From Nitriliruptoraceae bacterium (lineage in GTDB: Bacteria; Actinomycetota; Nitriliruptoria; Nitriliruptorales; Nitriliruptoraceae): a DNA stretch of 64,000 bases. The stretch spans positions 536 to 64,535 of the forward strand of contig PXDB01000086.1 of the NCBI GenBank assembly GCA_003565155.1, given 5' to 3'. Shown here one piece after another: positions 37,269 to 46,426 of the stretch (positions are counted from its first letter, which is position 1; each line of letters opens with the position of its first letter). The notes beneath the pieces were generated by a model. That model made no database searches. It had not been told where the DNA came from and saw only the letters and a list, made by a program, of their open reading frames with translations. Made by a program: the position numbers and the translations under genes.

Positions 37269-38207
37269 TCAGCGGACACCCGCCACCTCGGGCAGGACCC
37301 GGACGACCTCCTCGAGGTCCTCGGGCGTAGCGACGGTGTGGACCTCGAGCTCCGGCACCGTGCGCTTGGCGAGCCCGGCCAGTACCCCACCGGGTCCGAC
37401 CTCGACGAGCCGGGTGACCCCGACCTCAACGAGGCGCAGCTGGACCTCCCGCCAGCGCACGGGCGAGAGGATGCCGGCCACGAGGGCGTCAGCGAGAGGG
37501 GCAGCGCGGTCGATCTCACGCGCCGTGGCGCCGCTGACCACCGGGACCACCGGATCGACGATCTCGACGCCGTCGAGGACCGCGCGGACAGCGTCGACGG
37601 CCGGTGCCATCGCCGGGGAGTGGAAGGCACCTTCGACGTTCAGGGGTAGCGCGCGTCCACCGGCGTCCTTGGCGCGCTCGCGGACCGCGACCACGGCCTG
37701 GGGCTCGCCGGCGACCACGACCTGACCAGGCGCGTTGTCGTTGGCGATCACCAGCCCGTCGATCCCGTCGACGAGCACCTCGACCGCGTCGGGGTGCAGC
37801 TTGATCACCGCCGCCATGGTTCCCGGGTTGGTCGCACACGCCGCACCCATCGCCCGTCCGCGTTCCGCGACCACGCGGGCCCCGTCGTCCAGCGCGAGCG
37901 CGCCCGCGGCCACGGCCGCGGTGTACTCGCCGAGGGAGTGCCCCGCCACGACGTCGGCGCGGACACCGGTGTCGACCAGCGCGCGCCACGCGACCAGCGA
38001 GGCGGCCATGATCGCGGGCTGGGCGTCGGCGGTTCGCCCCCCCGTGGCGGGGTCGTCGCTCAGGGCACGGACGTCACGGCCGAGCGCCACCTCGACCTCG
38101 TCGAGGACGACGGAGGCGGGGTGATCGTCCCAGGCTGTCAGGGCACCAGCCCGGTGCGATCCCTGGCCGGGGAACAGGAAGGCGGTGGTCACGGGTCCTC
38201 CAACCAT
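37269..38207 (-). CDS. fabD: malonyl CoA-ACP transacylase
   Basis: FLFPGQGS and GHSLGEY. ATG 38207 was chosen. GTG 38192, preceded by GGAGGA, is an alternative. The rest of ORF 37269..38984 is junk. Confidence 0.9.
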   Translation of the reverse strand: MVGGPVTTAFLFPGQGSHRAGALTAWDDHPASVVLDEVEVALGRDVRALSDDPATGGRTADAQPAIMAASLVAWRALVDTGVRADVVAGHSLGEYTAAVAAGALALDDGARVVAERGRAMGAACATNPGTMAAVIKLHPDAVEVLVDGIDGLVIANDNAPGQVVVAGEPQAVVAVRERAKDAGGRALPLNVEGAFHSPAMAPAVDAVRAVLDGVEIVDPVVPVVSGATAREIDRAAPLADALVAGILSPVRWREVQLRLVEVGVTRLVEVGPGGVLAGLAKRTVPELEVHTVATPEDLEEVVRVLPEVAGVR

Positions 38208-38386
38208 CGACGGGCACGGCGTTGCCGGGTCGATCCCGGTCCGGTGCGCGTGGTGCGGTGCGGTGCAGGGCGGCGCGGCCGCGGCGTGCGGGGTGGGTGC
38301 GGGGCGCGCCGGGCGTCGCGGAGGCCGGGGCGGCACCGGTGGTGAGGTGTCGCGGTGATGACCTCCGCTGGTGAGGTCGTCCGTAG

Positions 38387-38414
38387 TTGACATCGACGTC
38401 AGTGTCGATGTCAA
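38387..38414. promoter_or_regulatory. operator-like perfect inverted repeat (11 bp arms, 6 bp spacer) in the fabD/kynU divergent region
   Basis: TTGACATCGAC-gtcagt-GTCGATGTCAA. Locally AT-richer than its surroundings. 77 nt upstream of the kynU ATG and about 180 nt upstream of the fabD start. Confidence 0.5.
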
Positions 38415-38490
38415 GGACCGACCCGGACACCTGACCGGGGCCGTGGCACGGCTACGGTGTCGGTCGGGCGTCGTCGGAGAGGCGGGGGTG

Positions 38491-39717
38491 ATGGATCGAA
38501 GGAGCGCAGCGGCCCTCGACGCGGAGGATCCGCTCCACCACCTCCGGGGGCGGTTCGCGCTGCCCGACGACGTGCTGTACCTCGATGGGAACTCCCTCGG
38601 TGCGCTCCAACCCTGCGTCGCCGAACGGCTCAAGGGTGTGGTCGAGGCGGAGTGGGGACGCGGCTTGATCCGCAGTTGGAACGACGCCGGTTGGGTGGAG
38701 ATGCCCCGCCGGGTCGCCGAGCGGTTGGCACCACTGCTCGGTGCCGAGCCGGAGGAGATCGCCGTCACCGACTCCACGTCGGCGAACCTGTTCAAGGCGC
38801 TGGCGGCCGCCCACCGCCTGCGGGCGGACCGCCGGGTGATCCTGACCGACGACGCGAACTTCCCCACCGATGTGTACGTGGCGCACGGCCTCGCGGAACT
38901 CACCGGCGACCTTGAGGTCAAGGTGGTGCCCACCGACGAGGTGGAGCGCCACCTCGACGAGGACGTCGCCGTTCTGCTCCTCACCCACGTGGACTACCGC
39001 TCCGGGCGGCGGCATGACGCGGCTGCACAGACCGCTGCCGCGCACGCGGCGGGGGCGCTGGCGGTGTGGGACCTGTCACACTCCGTGGGGGCTCTGGACG
39101 TGCGGTTGGACGACTGGGGTGCGGACCTGGCCGTGGGCTGCACCTACAAGTACTGCAACGGCGGGCCCGGATCGCCCGGGTTCCTCTACATCGCGACACG
39201 TTGGCACGAGCAGGCCTCGACCCCGGTCCGTGGGTGGTTCGGCCACGCCCGGCCCTTCGCCTTCGATCTCGGCTACCAGCCGGCGCCCGGCGCGGAGCGG
39301 TTCCTGGATGGCTCCCCACCGGTGCTGTCCATGGCCGCGCTGGAGACCGCGCTGGAGGTGTTCGAGGAGGTCGACACGGCCACGCTGGACGCCCGCGCCG
39401 GGGAGCTGACGGGGCTGTTCATCGAACTGGTGGACGCCCACCTCGGCAACGAGGTGGAGGTGGTCACACCGCGCGAGGCCGGCGAGCGCGGCGCGCAGGT
39501 GTCGCTCCGCCACGAGCACGCCGGGGAACTCTCCCGGGCACTGGTCACCCGCGGGGTCATCGGGGACCACCGGCCGCCGGACCTGGTGCGCTTCGGTTTC
39601 GCGCCCCTGTACGTCACCCGGGTCGAGGTGGTGGAGGCCGTCGAGCACCTCACCGACGTGCTCGAGCACCGAGGTTGGGACCGGCCGGAGTTCCGCACCG
39701 AACAGGTGGTGCCCTGA
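38491..39717 (+). CDS. kynU: kynureninase
   Basis: YLDGNSLGA, DLSHSVGA, and the CTYKYCNGGPGSPGFLY PLP-lysine block. ATG 38491. Confidence 0.9.
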   Translation: MDRRSAAALDAEDPLHHLRGRFALPDDVLYLDGNSLGALQPCVAERLKGVVEAEWGRGLIRSWNDAGWVEMPRRVAERLAPLLGAEPEEIAVTDSTSANLFKALAAAHRLRADRRVILTDDANFPTDVYVAHGLAELTGDLEVKVVPTDEVERHLDEDVAVLLLTHVDYRSGRRHDAAAQTAAAHAAGALAVWDLSHSVGALDVRLDDWGADLAVGCTYKYCNGGPGSPGFLYIATRWHEQASTPVRGWFGHARPFAFDLGYQPAPGAERFLDGSPPVLSMAALETALEVFEEVDTATLDARAGELTGLFIELVDAHLGNEVEVVTPREAGERGAQVSLRHEHAGELSRALVTRGVIGDHRPPDLVRFGFAPLYVTRVEVVEAVEHLTDVLEHRGWDRPEFRTEQVVP

Positions 39718-39864
39718 CCCCGTGCGGCGACCGCCGGCGTGCTGGATACGACGGGTAGCCCCCACACGTGCCAGCGGCCCCCGCTCGCGGCAACCGACAT
39801 GGTCGGGACCCGGCCCAGAACGCCCGGAGCGCCGAAGCCTCCACGATGCGGTGAGGAGCGGTCG

Positions 39865-40305
39865 ATGGTCCCGGTGGTCGTGGCACACGCGGTGTCCACG
39901 TTGTTCATGGCAGGGATGATCTGGACGATCCAGGTCGTCCACTACCCCCTGTTCGCCGAGGTCGGAGCGGATCGCTTCCCCGCCTACGAGGCGGCGCACT
40001 CCGCCCGGATCACCTGGGTGATCCTGGTGCCCTGGGCGGTACAGGGGCTGACGACCGCGGCGCTGCTGGTCTCGTCGCCGGCCGGCGTGCCCCGGGCCCT
40101 GGTCTACGCCGCCGCGGTGCTGGCAGCGATCCCCGTCCTGGTCACCGTCTCCTTCAGCGTCCCGGCCCACAGCGTGCTGTCCGGCGGCTTCGACGCCGCC
40201 GCGCACGCGCGTCTGGTCGGGACGAACTGGCTGCGGACCGCGGCCTGGACCGCGCACGGCGCCGTCGCCACGGCCCTGCTGGTGCTGACGCTCCGGCCGC
40301 GCTGA
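39865..40305 (+). CDS. DUF1772-like integral membrane protein
   Basis: ATG 39865 with GAGGAG 6 nt upstream. 146 aa, four hydrophobic helices, WTIQVVHYPLF motif. Confidence 0.55.
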   Translation: MVPVVVAHAVSTLFMAGMIWTIQVVHYPLFAEVGADRFPAYEAAHSARITWVILVPWAVQGLTTAALLVSSPAGVPRALVYAAAVLAAIPVLVTVSFSVPAHSVLSGGFDAAAHARLVGTNWLRTAAWTAHGAVATALLVLTLRPR

Positions 40306-40323
40306 GCACACACCGACGGCAGA

Positions 40324-40425
40324 CCGCGAGTTGTGGTGGACCACAACTCGCGGCAGCTGCATGGGCCCGCGGCTGCTGGCGGACCGATGAACCGACCGCA
40401 AGTTGTGGCGACCCACAGCTTCCGG
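40324..40425. repeat. two REP-like palindromes (P3 40324-40353 perfect, P4 40396-40425) between convergent genes
   Basis: P3 is ccgcgagttgtgg-tgga-ccacaactcgcgg (13/13). P4 is ccgcaagttgtgg-cgac-ccacagcttccgg (11/13). Same family as 7492-7593. Confidence 0.8.
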
Positions 40426-40485
40426 CTACGGCGCGACCGAGGGAACGCCGCGGTGCGGCGGCACGACCCGCCACCTCGGCGCCAG

Positions 40486-40571
40486 CACCGACCGCGTCAC
40501 ACCAGCACGATCGAGCGGCCCTCCGTCGCACCGACCGCGTCACACCAGCACGATCGAGCGGCCCTCCGTCG
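40486..40571. repeat. exact 43-bp tandem duplication spanning the serA stop codon
   Basis: caccgaccgcgtcacaccagcacgatcgagcggccctccgtcg at 40486-40528 and 40529-40571. The second copy holds the last 10 codons plus the stop of serA. Confidence 0.9.
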
Positions 40572-42120
40572 CGCCGATGCGCGCCACGATGTCGTTGAGC
40601 ACCTCGTCGGGCACCGCGCTGTCGAGGCTGAGCGCCATGATCGCCTCGCCGCCGACCCCGCTGCGCCCGACCTGGGCGGCGGCGATGTTGACCCCCGCCT
40701 CCCCGAAGCCGGTGCCGACCGCACCGATGATCCCGGGCCGGTCCTCGTAGCGGAAGAAGGCCATGTGCTTGGTGGGCTCGACGTCGACGGGGGTGTTCCA
40801 CACCTCGATGAGCCGCTCGCGGTCACCCGGCAGGACGGTCCCGGCCACCCGGATCGGGCGGCCGTCTCGGCCCATCCCCGTCACCCGCAGCACGGAGACG
40901 TAGTCCTCGGAGTGGGGATCGGAGATCTCGCGGACGTTCAGCCCCCGCTCCTCCGCCAGCAACGGCGCGTTGACGAAGGTCACCGGCTCGCTGCACACCG
41001 TGGAGAGCAGCCCCTTGAGGACCGACAGCCCGAGGGTGCGGCCGTCCGCTTCCGCGATGTCGCCGAGGTACTCCACGGTCACCTCGCCGGACAACCCCAT
41101 GGACGCCAGCGCCGTGAGCAGCCGCCCGAGCTCCTCGCCGAGCGGCAGGTAGGGCTTCAGCCGGTCGTCGATCGGTCCACCCTGCACGTTCACCGCCGAC
41201 GGCACGAACTCCCCCCGCAGCGCCAGGTTCACGAAGTCGGCCACCTGGGTGCCGGCCTTGTCCTGAGCCTCCTCGGTGGAGGCACCGAGGTGGGGGGTCA
41301 CGATCGCGTTGGGCAGCCCGAACAGCGGCGACGCCGTCGCGGGCTCGGCGGCGAACACGTCGACGGCGGCACCCGCGATCACGCCCGCCCGCAGTGCCTC
41401 GGCGAGATCCTCCTCCACGACGATCCCGCCCCGGGCGACGTTGATCAACCGTGCCGTGGGCTTCATCAGCTTGAGCCGCTCGGCGTCGATCAGACCCAGG
41501 GTCTCGGGGGTCTTGGGCAGGTGGATCGTGACCACGTCCCCGCGGGCGAGGACCTCATCGACGGTGGGCACCAGCTCCACGCCGAGCCGCGCCGCCCGCT
41601 CGGGGGCGACGAAGGGGTCGTAGGCCAGCAGGCGCATGCCCAACGCGTGGCAGCGCTGGGCCACCAACGTCCCGATCCGGCCGAGCCCGAGGACACCCAG
41701 GGTCTTGTCATGCAGTTCGGTGCCGGTCCACTGCTTGCGCTCCCACCGCCCGTCGGTGAGCGCGCTGTGGGCCTGAGGGATGTTGCGCGCCAACGCCAGG
41801 ATGAGGGCGACGGTGTGCTCCGCGGCGGAGATGATGTTGGACTGCGGGGCGTTGCACACGATCACGCCGGACTTGGTGGCAGCATCCACATCGACGTTGT
41901 CGAGGCCGACCCCGGCGCGCGCGACGACCCGCAGCTGCCGCGCAGCGGCGATCACGTCGGCGTCGATGGTGGTCTGGGAGCGGACGACGATGCCGTGGTA
42001 CGCACCGGCGATCCCGAGCAGCTCCTCCTTCGACAGCCCCGTCTGCACGTCGACGTCGTGCTCCGCGGCCAGCGCGGCCACGCCGGCGTCGGCCAGGGGG
42101 TCAGCGACCAGGATCCTCAC
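40540..42120 (-). CDS. serA: D-3-phosphoglycerate dehydrogenase (long form with ACT domain)
   Basis: GVLGLGRIGTLVAQR NAD fold, NVARGGIVVEEDL, TPHLGAST, and C-terminal ASB/ACT domains. 526 aa. Confidence 0.95.
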   Translation of the reverse strand: MRILVADPLADAGVAALAAEHDVDVQTGLSKEELLGIAGAYHGIVVRSQTTIDADVIAAARQLRVVARAGVGLDNVDVDAATKSGVIVCNAPQSNIISAAEHTVALILALARNIPQAHSALTDGRWERKQWTGTELHDKTLGVLGLGRIGTLVAQRCHALGMRLLAYDPFVAPERAARLGVELVPTVDEVLARGDVVTIHLPKTPETLGLIDAERLKLMKPTARLINVARGGIVVEEDLAEALRAGVIAGAAVDVFAAEPATASPLFGLPNAIVTPHLGASTEEAQDKAGTQVADFVNLALRGEFVPSAVNVQGGPIDDRLKPYLPLGEELGRLLTALASMGLSGEVTVEYLGDIAEADGRTLGLSVLKGLLSTVCSEPVTFVNAPLLAEERGLNVREISDPHSEDYVSVLRVTGMGRDGRPIRVAGTVLPGDRERLIEVWNTPVDVEPTKHMAFFRYEDRPGIIGAVGTGFGEAGVNIAAAQVGRSGVGGEAIMALSLDSAVPDEVLNDIVARIGATEGRSIVLV

Positions 42121-42258
42121 GGTTGCGCTCCAGGGGTGTAGTTACCGGGGGCCGCTCGGACCGAGCGGTGCGGACGTGGCGGCAGACCGGCCGCCACCCG
42201 GGCGATCAGGCCACAGGCACGCGACCCAGGCGGGGCCGGCGCGCGGTCACGGTCGAGC

Positions 42259-42696
42259 CTAACGCCGCCGCTGTGGGCGTCGGGCCAGCTGCACGGCCCA
42301 CCAGATCAGGGGGATCTGCAGCGGCAGGCGCACCACCGCAGCCGAGCGGGTGGACAGCCGTCCGGGTAGGGCCGACATGCCACCATCGACCACCGCCTGG
42401 ACGTTGGCGACACCCACCATGGTGAAGGTCCCGGCAGCGACCCACCCGCCGAGGTGGCTGGTCCTGCGACCGACGAGCAGCGCCGCCGACACCCCCTCCG
42501 CCACGGCACTGGCGAGGTTCCAGGTCCGGGGTGTGCCCGGGACCCAGCCGGGCACCATCGCCTCGAACAGCCGCGGCCGGACCACGTGGGCGACGGCAGC
42601 ACCGCCGAGCAGCGCCGCGAGGCCGAACCGGGTGCGCCGACGCCGAGGTGGCTCGTCACCCGCCGGTGCGCCCGCGGCAGGCCGACCGGCGGTCAC
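42259..42696 (-). CDS. DoxX-like small membrane protein
   Basis: In-frame GTG 42696 overlaps the haemoglobin stop (GTGA). About 145 aa with 4 hydrophobic segments (FGLAALLGGAAVAHV, AVAEGVSAALLV, WVAAGTFTMVGVANV, LQIPLIWWAV). Confidence 0.5.
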   Translation of the reverse strand: MTAGRPAAGAPAGDEPPRRRRTRFGLAALLGGAAVAHVVRPRLFEAMVPGWVPGTPRTWNLASAVAEGVSAALLVGRRTSHLGGWVAAGTFTMVGVANVQAVVDGGMSALPGRLSTRSAAVVRLPLQIPLIWWAVQLARRPQRRR

Positions 42697-43277
42697 CGTG
42701 GGTCCTGGGGGAGCTCCCGGACCTCCTCGGGCAGCCGGTTGATCAGCGTCGGCGTGGCACGGGCGACGTAGGCCAGCAGGTGTGCCTTGGCCGGCTCGGG
42801 CCACTGCTGTTCGCGGACAGCTTCGGCCATCAGCTCCGCCCACCGCAGTGCCGCCTCGGGCGTGACGGGGAAGGGGGCGTGGCGCATCCTGAGCCGGGGG
42901 TGCCCGCGCTCGCGGCCGTACACCTCGCCGCCGCCCCAGTACTGGGCGAAGAACAGCGCGAGGTGGCGCTTGCCGGGCGCAAGGTCGTCGGGATACATCG
43001 GCCGCAGGAGGGGGTCCTCGGCAACCCGGTCGTAGAAAGCATCGATCAGCGCGGTGAAGGCGGGCAGGCCACCCACGGCGTCGTGGACCTCCTGGGGGGC
43101 GAGATCATCGCGGCTCGGTGCAGCCTCCGGTCCCTCGCCGTCGGGCTGGAGGCCGCTGGGCCGTCCGCCGCCAGGGTGCGCGCCGCCAGGCCGTGCGCCG
43201 CCAGGGTGCGCGCCGCCAGGGTGCGCGCCATCGGGCCGTGCGCCGTCGGGCTCGCGTGAGGGGTCTCCGGTGGTCAT
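42693..43277 (-). CDS. glbO: group II truncated haemoglobin (trHbO) with a repeat-rich N-terminal extension
   Basis: FYDRVAEDPLLRPMY, FFAQYWGGGEVYGRERGHPRLRMRHAPF and WAELMAEAV are trHbO blocks. ATG 43277. Confidence 0.8.
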   Translation of the reverse strand: MTTGDPSREPDGARPDGAHPGGAHPGGARPGGAHPGGGRPSGLQPDGEGPEAAPSRDDLAPQEVHDAVGGLPAFTALIDAFYDRVAEDPLLRPMYPDDLAPGKRHLALFFAQYWGGGEVYGRERGHPRLRMRHAPFPVTPEAALRWAELMAEAVREQQWPEPAKAHLLAYVARATPTLINRLPEEVRELPQDPR

Positions 43278-43302
43278 GGACTGCTCGCGGTGGGGGCCGG
43301 CA

Positions 43303-43833
43303 TCACACGGGTCGTTCGTAGTAGGCGACGTCGAGGTAGCGGCCGAACTTGTGGCCCGCTTCGGTGAGGGTGCCGCGCAGGGCGAAGCCGTGACGGCGGT
43401 GGAAGGTCTCGGAGCCCTGGTTCGGCAGGGCGACGATGGCGTAGGCGCGATGGACCGCCGCGTCCGCCTCCAGCCGGGCGAGCAGCGTGCGGTAGAGCGC
43501 CCCACCTACGCCGGCGCCGGTGGCGTCGGGGGCGACGTACACGCTTAGTTCAACGGAACGGTCGTAGGCAGGCTTCGGGCGGAAGGGTTGGGTCTCCACG
43601 AAGCCGGCCACCGCACCCGCCACCTCGGCGACCAGCAGGTGGTGCCGACCGGCGACCACGTGGTCGCGGAAACGGTCCTGCCACTCGCGGGGGGTGCGGA
43701 CATCGGTGTTGAAGGTGATCGTGGTGCGCAGCACGTAGTGGGTGTAGATCGCCGCCACCGCCGGGAGATCGGCCATCTCAGCGTCACGGACGTGCGGCGT
43801 CGGATCGGCGGCGTGGGCCGGTGAGGGGGACAT
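43303..43833 (-). CDS. GNAT N-acetyltransferase, phosphinothricin-acetyltransferase-like
   Basis: IYTHYVLRTTITFN, GFVETQPFRPKPAYDRSVELSVYV, GAGVGGALY and HRRHGF are PAT-family blocks. Confidence 0.8.
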   Translation of the reverse strand: MSPSPAHAADPTPHVRDAEMADLPAVAAIYTHYVLRTTITFNTDVRTPREWQDRFRDHVVAGRHHLLVAEVAGAVAGFVETQPFRPKPAYDRSVELSVYVAPDATGAGVGGALYRTLLARLEADAAVHRAYAIVALPNQGSETFHRRHGFALRGTLTEAGHKFGRYLDVAYYERPV

Positions 43834-43858
43834 GGGCGCGACGGTAGCGGCCCGCGAT

Positions 43859-44683
43859 TCAGGACCGCAGCGTGGCGTCGAAGCGCCGGATGGCCACGGC
43901 CAGGCCAGCTGACCCGAGTGCCACCAGCACCGCAGCGTGCGCGAGCAGCGTCCAGGACAACACCCCGAGCATCAGCCCACGCACCACCTCGACACCCTGG
44001 TAGAGCGGGGAGAGCAGCACCAGCCATCGCACACCCTCGGGATAGACCTCCAGCGGGAAGAAGGTGGCAGAGAACAGCAGCAGGGGCAGCAGCACGAGCT
44101 GCACGAGGTCGAAGTCCTGCCAGGAGCGCATCATGCTGGTGGCGGCCAGGCCGATCCCCGCGAAGGTGAACCCGATCAGCATCGCCGCCGGCAGGGCCAG
44201 CACGGCCCATGGCGAGACGACCAGCCCGGCCAGCCAGGCCACGAGCAGGAACCCGACGGCGTACACGCTGCCGCGCAGCAAGGCCCAGCTCAGCTCCCCG
44301 ACGGCCACGTCCCGCGGGGTCATCGGTGTCGCCAGGACCGCGTCGTACACCCGGCCCCACTTGAGCTTCGCGAAGACGTTGAAGGTGGACTCGTAGGCAC
44401 CGCCGTTCATCGCCGAGACCGCGAGCAGCGCCGGCGCGACGAACACCCCGTAGGCCACGAGCTGCCCGTCGGGACCGGCCACCTCGCCGACCAGGGCGGC
44501 CACCCCGACACCCATGGCGAACAGGTAGAACACCGGCTCGAACAGCCCGGACACGAAGATCATCCATGCGCGCCGGTTGGCCATGGCGTTGCGTTCCACC
44601 AGCCGCACCGAGCGCCCCAGCAGCAGCGGCGGGGTGGTGCGCAGGGCCATGACCTTGCTGCGGTACGCGTCGACGGTGGTCAT
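43859..44683 (-). CDS. ABC-2 type transporter permease
   Basis: ATG 44683. Six hydrophobic helices. Paralogous to the upstream permease. Confidence 0.8.
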   Translation of the reverse strand: MTTVDAYRSKVMALRTTPPLLLGRSVRLVERNAMANRRAWMIFVSGLFEPVFYLFAMGVGVAALVGEVAGPDGQLVAYGVFVAPALLAVSAMNGGAYESTFNVFAKLKWGRVYDAVLATPMTPRDVAVGELSWALLRGSVYAVGFLLVAWLAGLVVSPWAVLALPAAMLIGFTFAGIGLAATSMMRSWQDFDLVQLVLLPLLLFSATFFPLEVYPEGVRWLVLLSPLYQGVEVVRGLMLGVLSWTLLAHAAVLVALGSAGLAVAIRRFDATLRS

Positions 44684-44726
44684 CGCGTGCCCCCTGCACG
44701 GCAACCCGGGCGCGGCGTGGCACTGC

Positions 44727-45502
44727 TCATGGCCGGAGTCGCCGGTCGAAGGTGCGGGCACCGATGGCGATCCCGGCCACCAGCAGGGCCACCACGACAC
44801 CGAGGTGGAGCTGCCAGGCGAACGCGGGCGGCTGGCCAAGGGCCAGCGCCCGGGTGAGCTCCACCCCGTGCCACAGCGGCAGGGCCCGGGCCACCGCCGC
44901 AGCAGCGGCGGGAAGCTGCTCCACGGGGAAGAAGGTGCCGGAGAACAGGAACAGCGGCACCACCACGAAACGGTTCAGCCCCGCGAGGAACTGGTCACGG
45001 ACCAGCAGCACCACCCCAGCGCTGAGCACCGCGCAGAAGGCCACGCCCGTGAGCACCGCCGGCCATAGCGCCAGCACCCCGCGGGACAACGGCACCGCAC
45101 CGAAGAGCGCGGCCACCACCACGAACACCGTCCCGATCACGGTGATGCGGATCGTGGCCCACAGCAGGTTGCCGAGGTGGAGGTCGCGCGGCCGTACGGG
45201 GCTCGCGACCGCGGTGTGGTAGGTCTTGACCCAGCGCGTGCCACCGAGCACCGGGAAGGTCCCGTCCGCGGCGCCGGCCTGCATCGCGGATGCGGCCAGC
45301 AGCCCGGGGGTCAGCCAGGCGAGGTAGCCGACGTCCCCCATGGGTCCCTCGGGGTCGGCGTCCACGAGCTGCCCGAGCCCCAGCCCCATGGCCGCGAGGA
45401 ACAGCACCGGGGTCGCCACCGCACCGATGGTGGTACCCCGCCAGGTGTGCCGGTAGGAGCGGGCGTGGCCCTCCAGCACCCGGAGCGCGATGGGGGTCGT
45501 CA

Positions 45503-45506
<4 letters not shown>
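44727..45506 (-). CDS. ABC-2 type transporter permease
   Basis: 259 aa, six TM segments. The start overlaps the ATPase stop (GTGATG). Confidence 0.8.

Positions 45507-46426
<920 letters not shown>

Noticed and set aside
38387-38392. TTGACA within the palindrome acting as a -35 promoter hexamer.
   Set aside because: No acceptable TANNNT -10 element lies 16-19 nt downstream on either strand. The operator interpretation is better supported than a promoter call.
37269-38984. 571-aa ORF extending fabD upstream.
   Set aside because: The upstream 260 aa are Ser/Arg/Pro-rich and overlap kynU antisense. FLFPGQGS lies right after ATG 38207 / GTG 38192, as in normal FabD.
40497-40826. 109-aa minus-strand ORF ending in GATEGRSIVLV.
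   Set aside because: It is created by the 43-bp duplication of the serA terminus read from another frame of serA. It is not an independent gene.
42691-42712. An apparent 1-nt disagreement between my hand count of the printed sequence (run of G) and the frames implied by ORFs 42693..43505 and 42350..42742. This could have suggested a frameshift or pseudogene.
   Set aside because: Both track ORFs are mutually consistent and give a clean GTGA junction. The discrepancy is most likely my manual indexing, not biology.
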